57,803 nt of DNA from an uncultured Methanosarcinales archaeon. GTDB lineage: Archaea > Nanobdellota > Nanobdellia > Woesearchaeales > DATGWN01. The DNA lies in assembly GCA_964557345.1 (NCBI GenBank), contig CAZKZU010000004.1, positions 1 through 57,803 of the forward strand. The letters run 5' to 3'. Shown piece by piece: positions 57,705-57,803 of the stretch. Made by a program: the position numbers and the translations under genes. Position 1 is the stretch's first letter. The number at the start of each line of letters is the position of its first letter. The notes under the pieces were generated by a model. The model was not told where the DNA came from. It saw only the letters and a program-made list of their open reading frames with translations, and ran no database searches.

Positions 57705-57743
57705 ATATTTTCTATAAATTTTAATAATATAAAAAAAGAAAAT

Positions 57744-57803
57744 CTAATTTACAATATAATCTAAGGCTTTCTTTGCAAGATCTTTATCTCTTGCAGCAAC
57801 GTA
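57744..57803 (-). CDS. 3' end of a CDS truncated by the window edge
   Basis: YVAARDKDLAKKALDYIVN*. Confidence 0.4.
   Translation of the reverse strand, partial: YVAARDKDLAKKALDYIVN

Overview
A very AT-rich 57.8 kb window from an archaeon, most likely DPANN (Woesearchaeota-like). That placement is inferred from NAC, Sec61-beta, TrmB, THUMP-Trm11, Lhr, class III signal peptides, TATA-box promoters with leaderless starts, and scattered stand-alone metabolic genes. Recognisable genes: GH57, metA, Lhr, hisS, aroB, sppA, a beta-CASP RNase, PFK, upp and cutA, plus tRNA-His(GUG), tRNA-Lys(CUU) and tRNA-Glu(CUC). The best candidate for an undescribed system is a tightly coupled 7-gene minus-strand operon (11327->3787). 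It encodes a degenerate CinA domain, a nucleotidyltransferase fused to a B12 radical SAM, a dephospho-CoA-kinase-like kinase, a SPASM/twitch radical SAM, a DUF3419/BtaA-like SAM transferase, a small protein with six S-E-S-(R/S) repeats ending ...TSSESRN-TSSESRN*, and an ATP-grasp ligase. This looks like a RiPP or peptide-nucleotide biosynthetic cluster. Other highlights: a DprA + HAD-PRTase (ShosTA-like) defence pair; four copies of a ~130 bp TATAC...GTATA structured MITE, each inserted at the centre of a different palindrome; a 252 bp MITE with 18 bp TIRs and a 9 bp target duplication; a tRNA-His lacking G-1:C73 next to a eukaryote-type HisRS; a duplicated tRNA-Glu 3' end; a protein resembling an outer-membrane beta-barrel; and a modular pilin-like adhesin pair. 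All protein calls come from motif recognition by eye; no searches were run.
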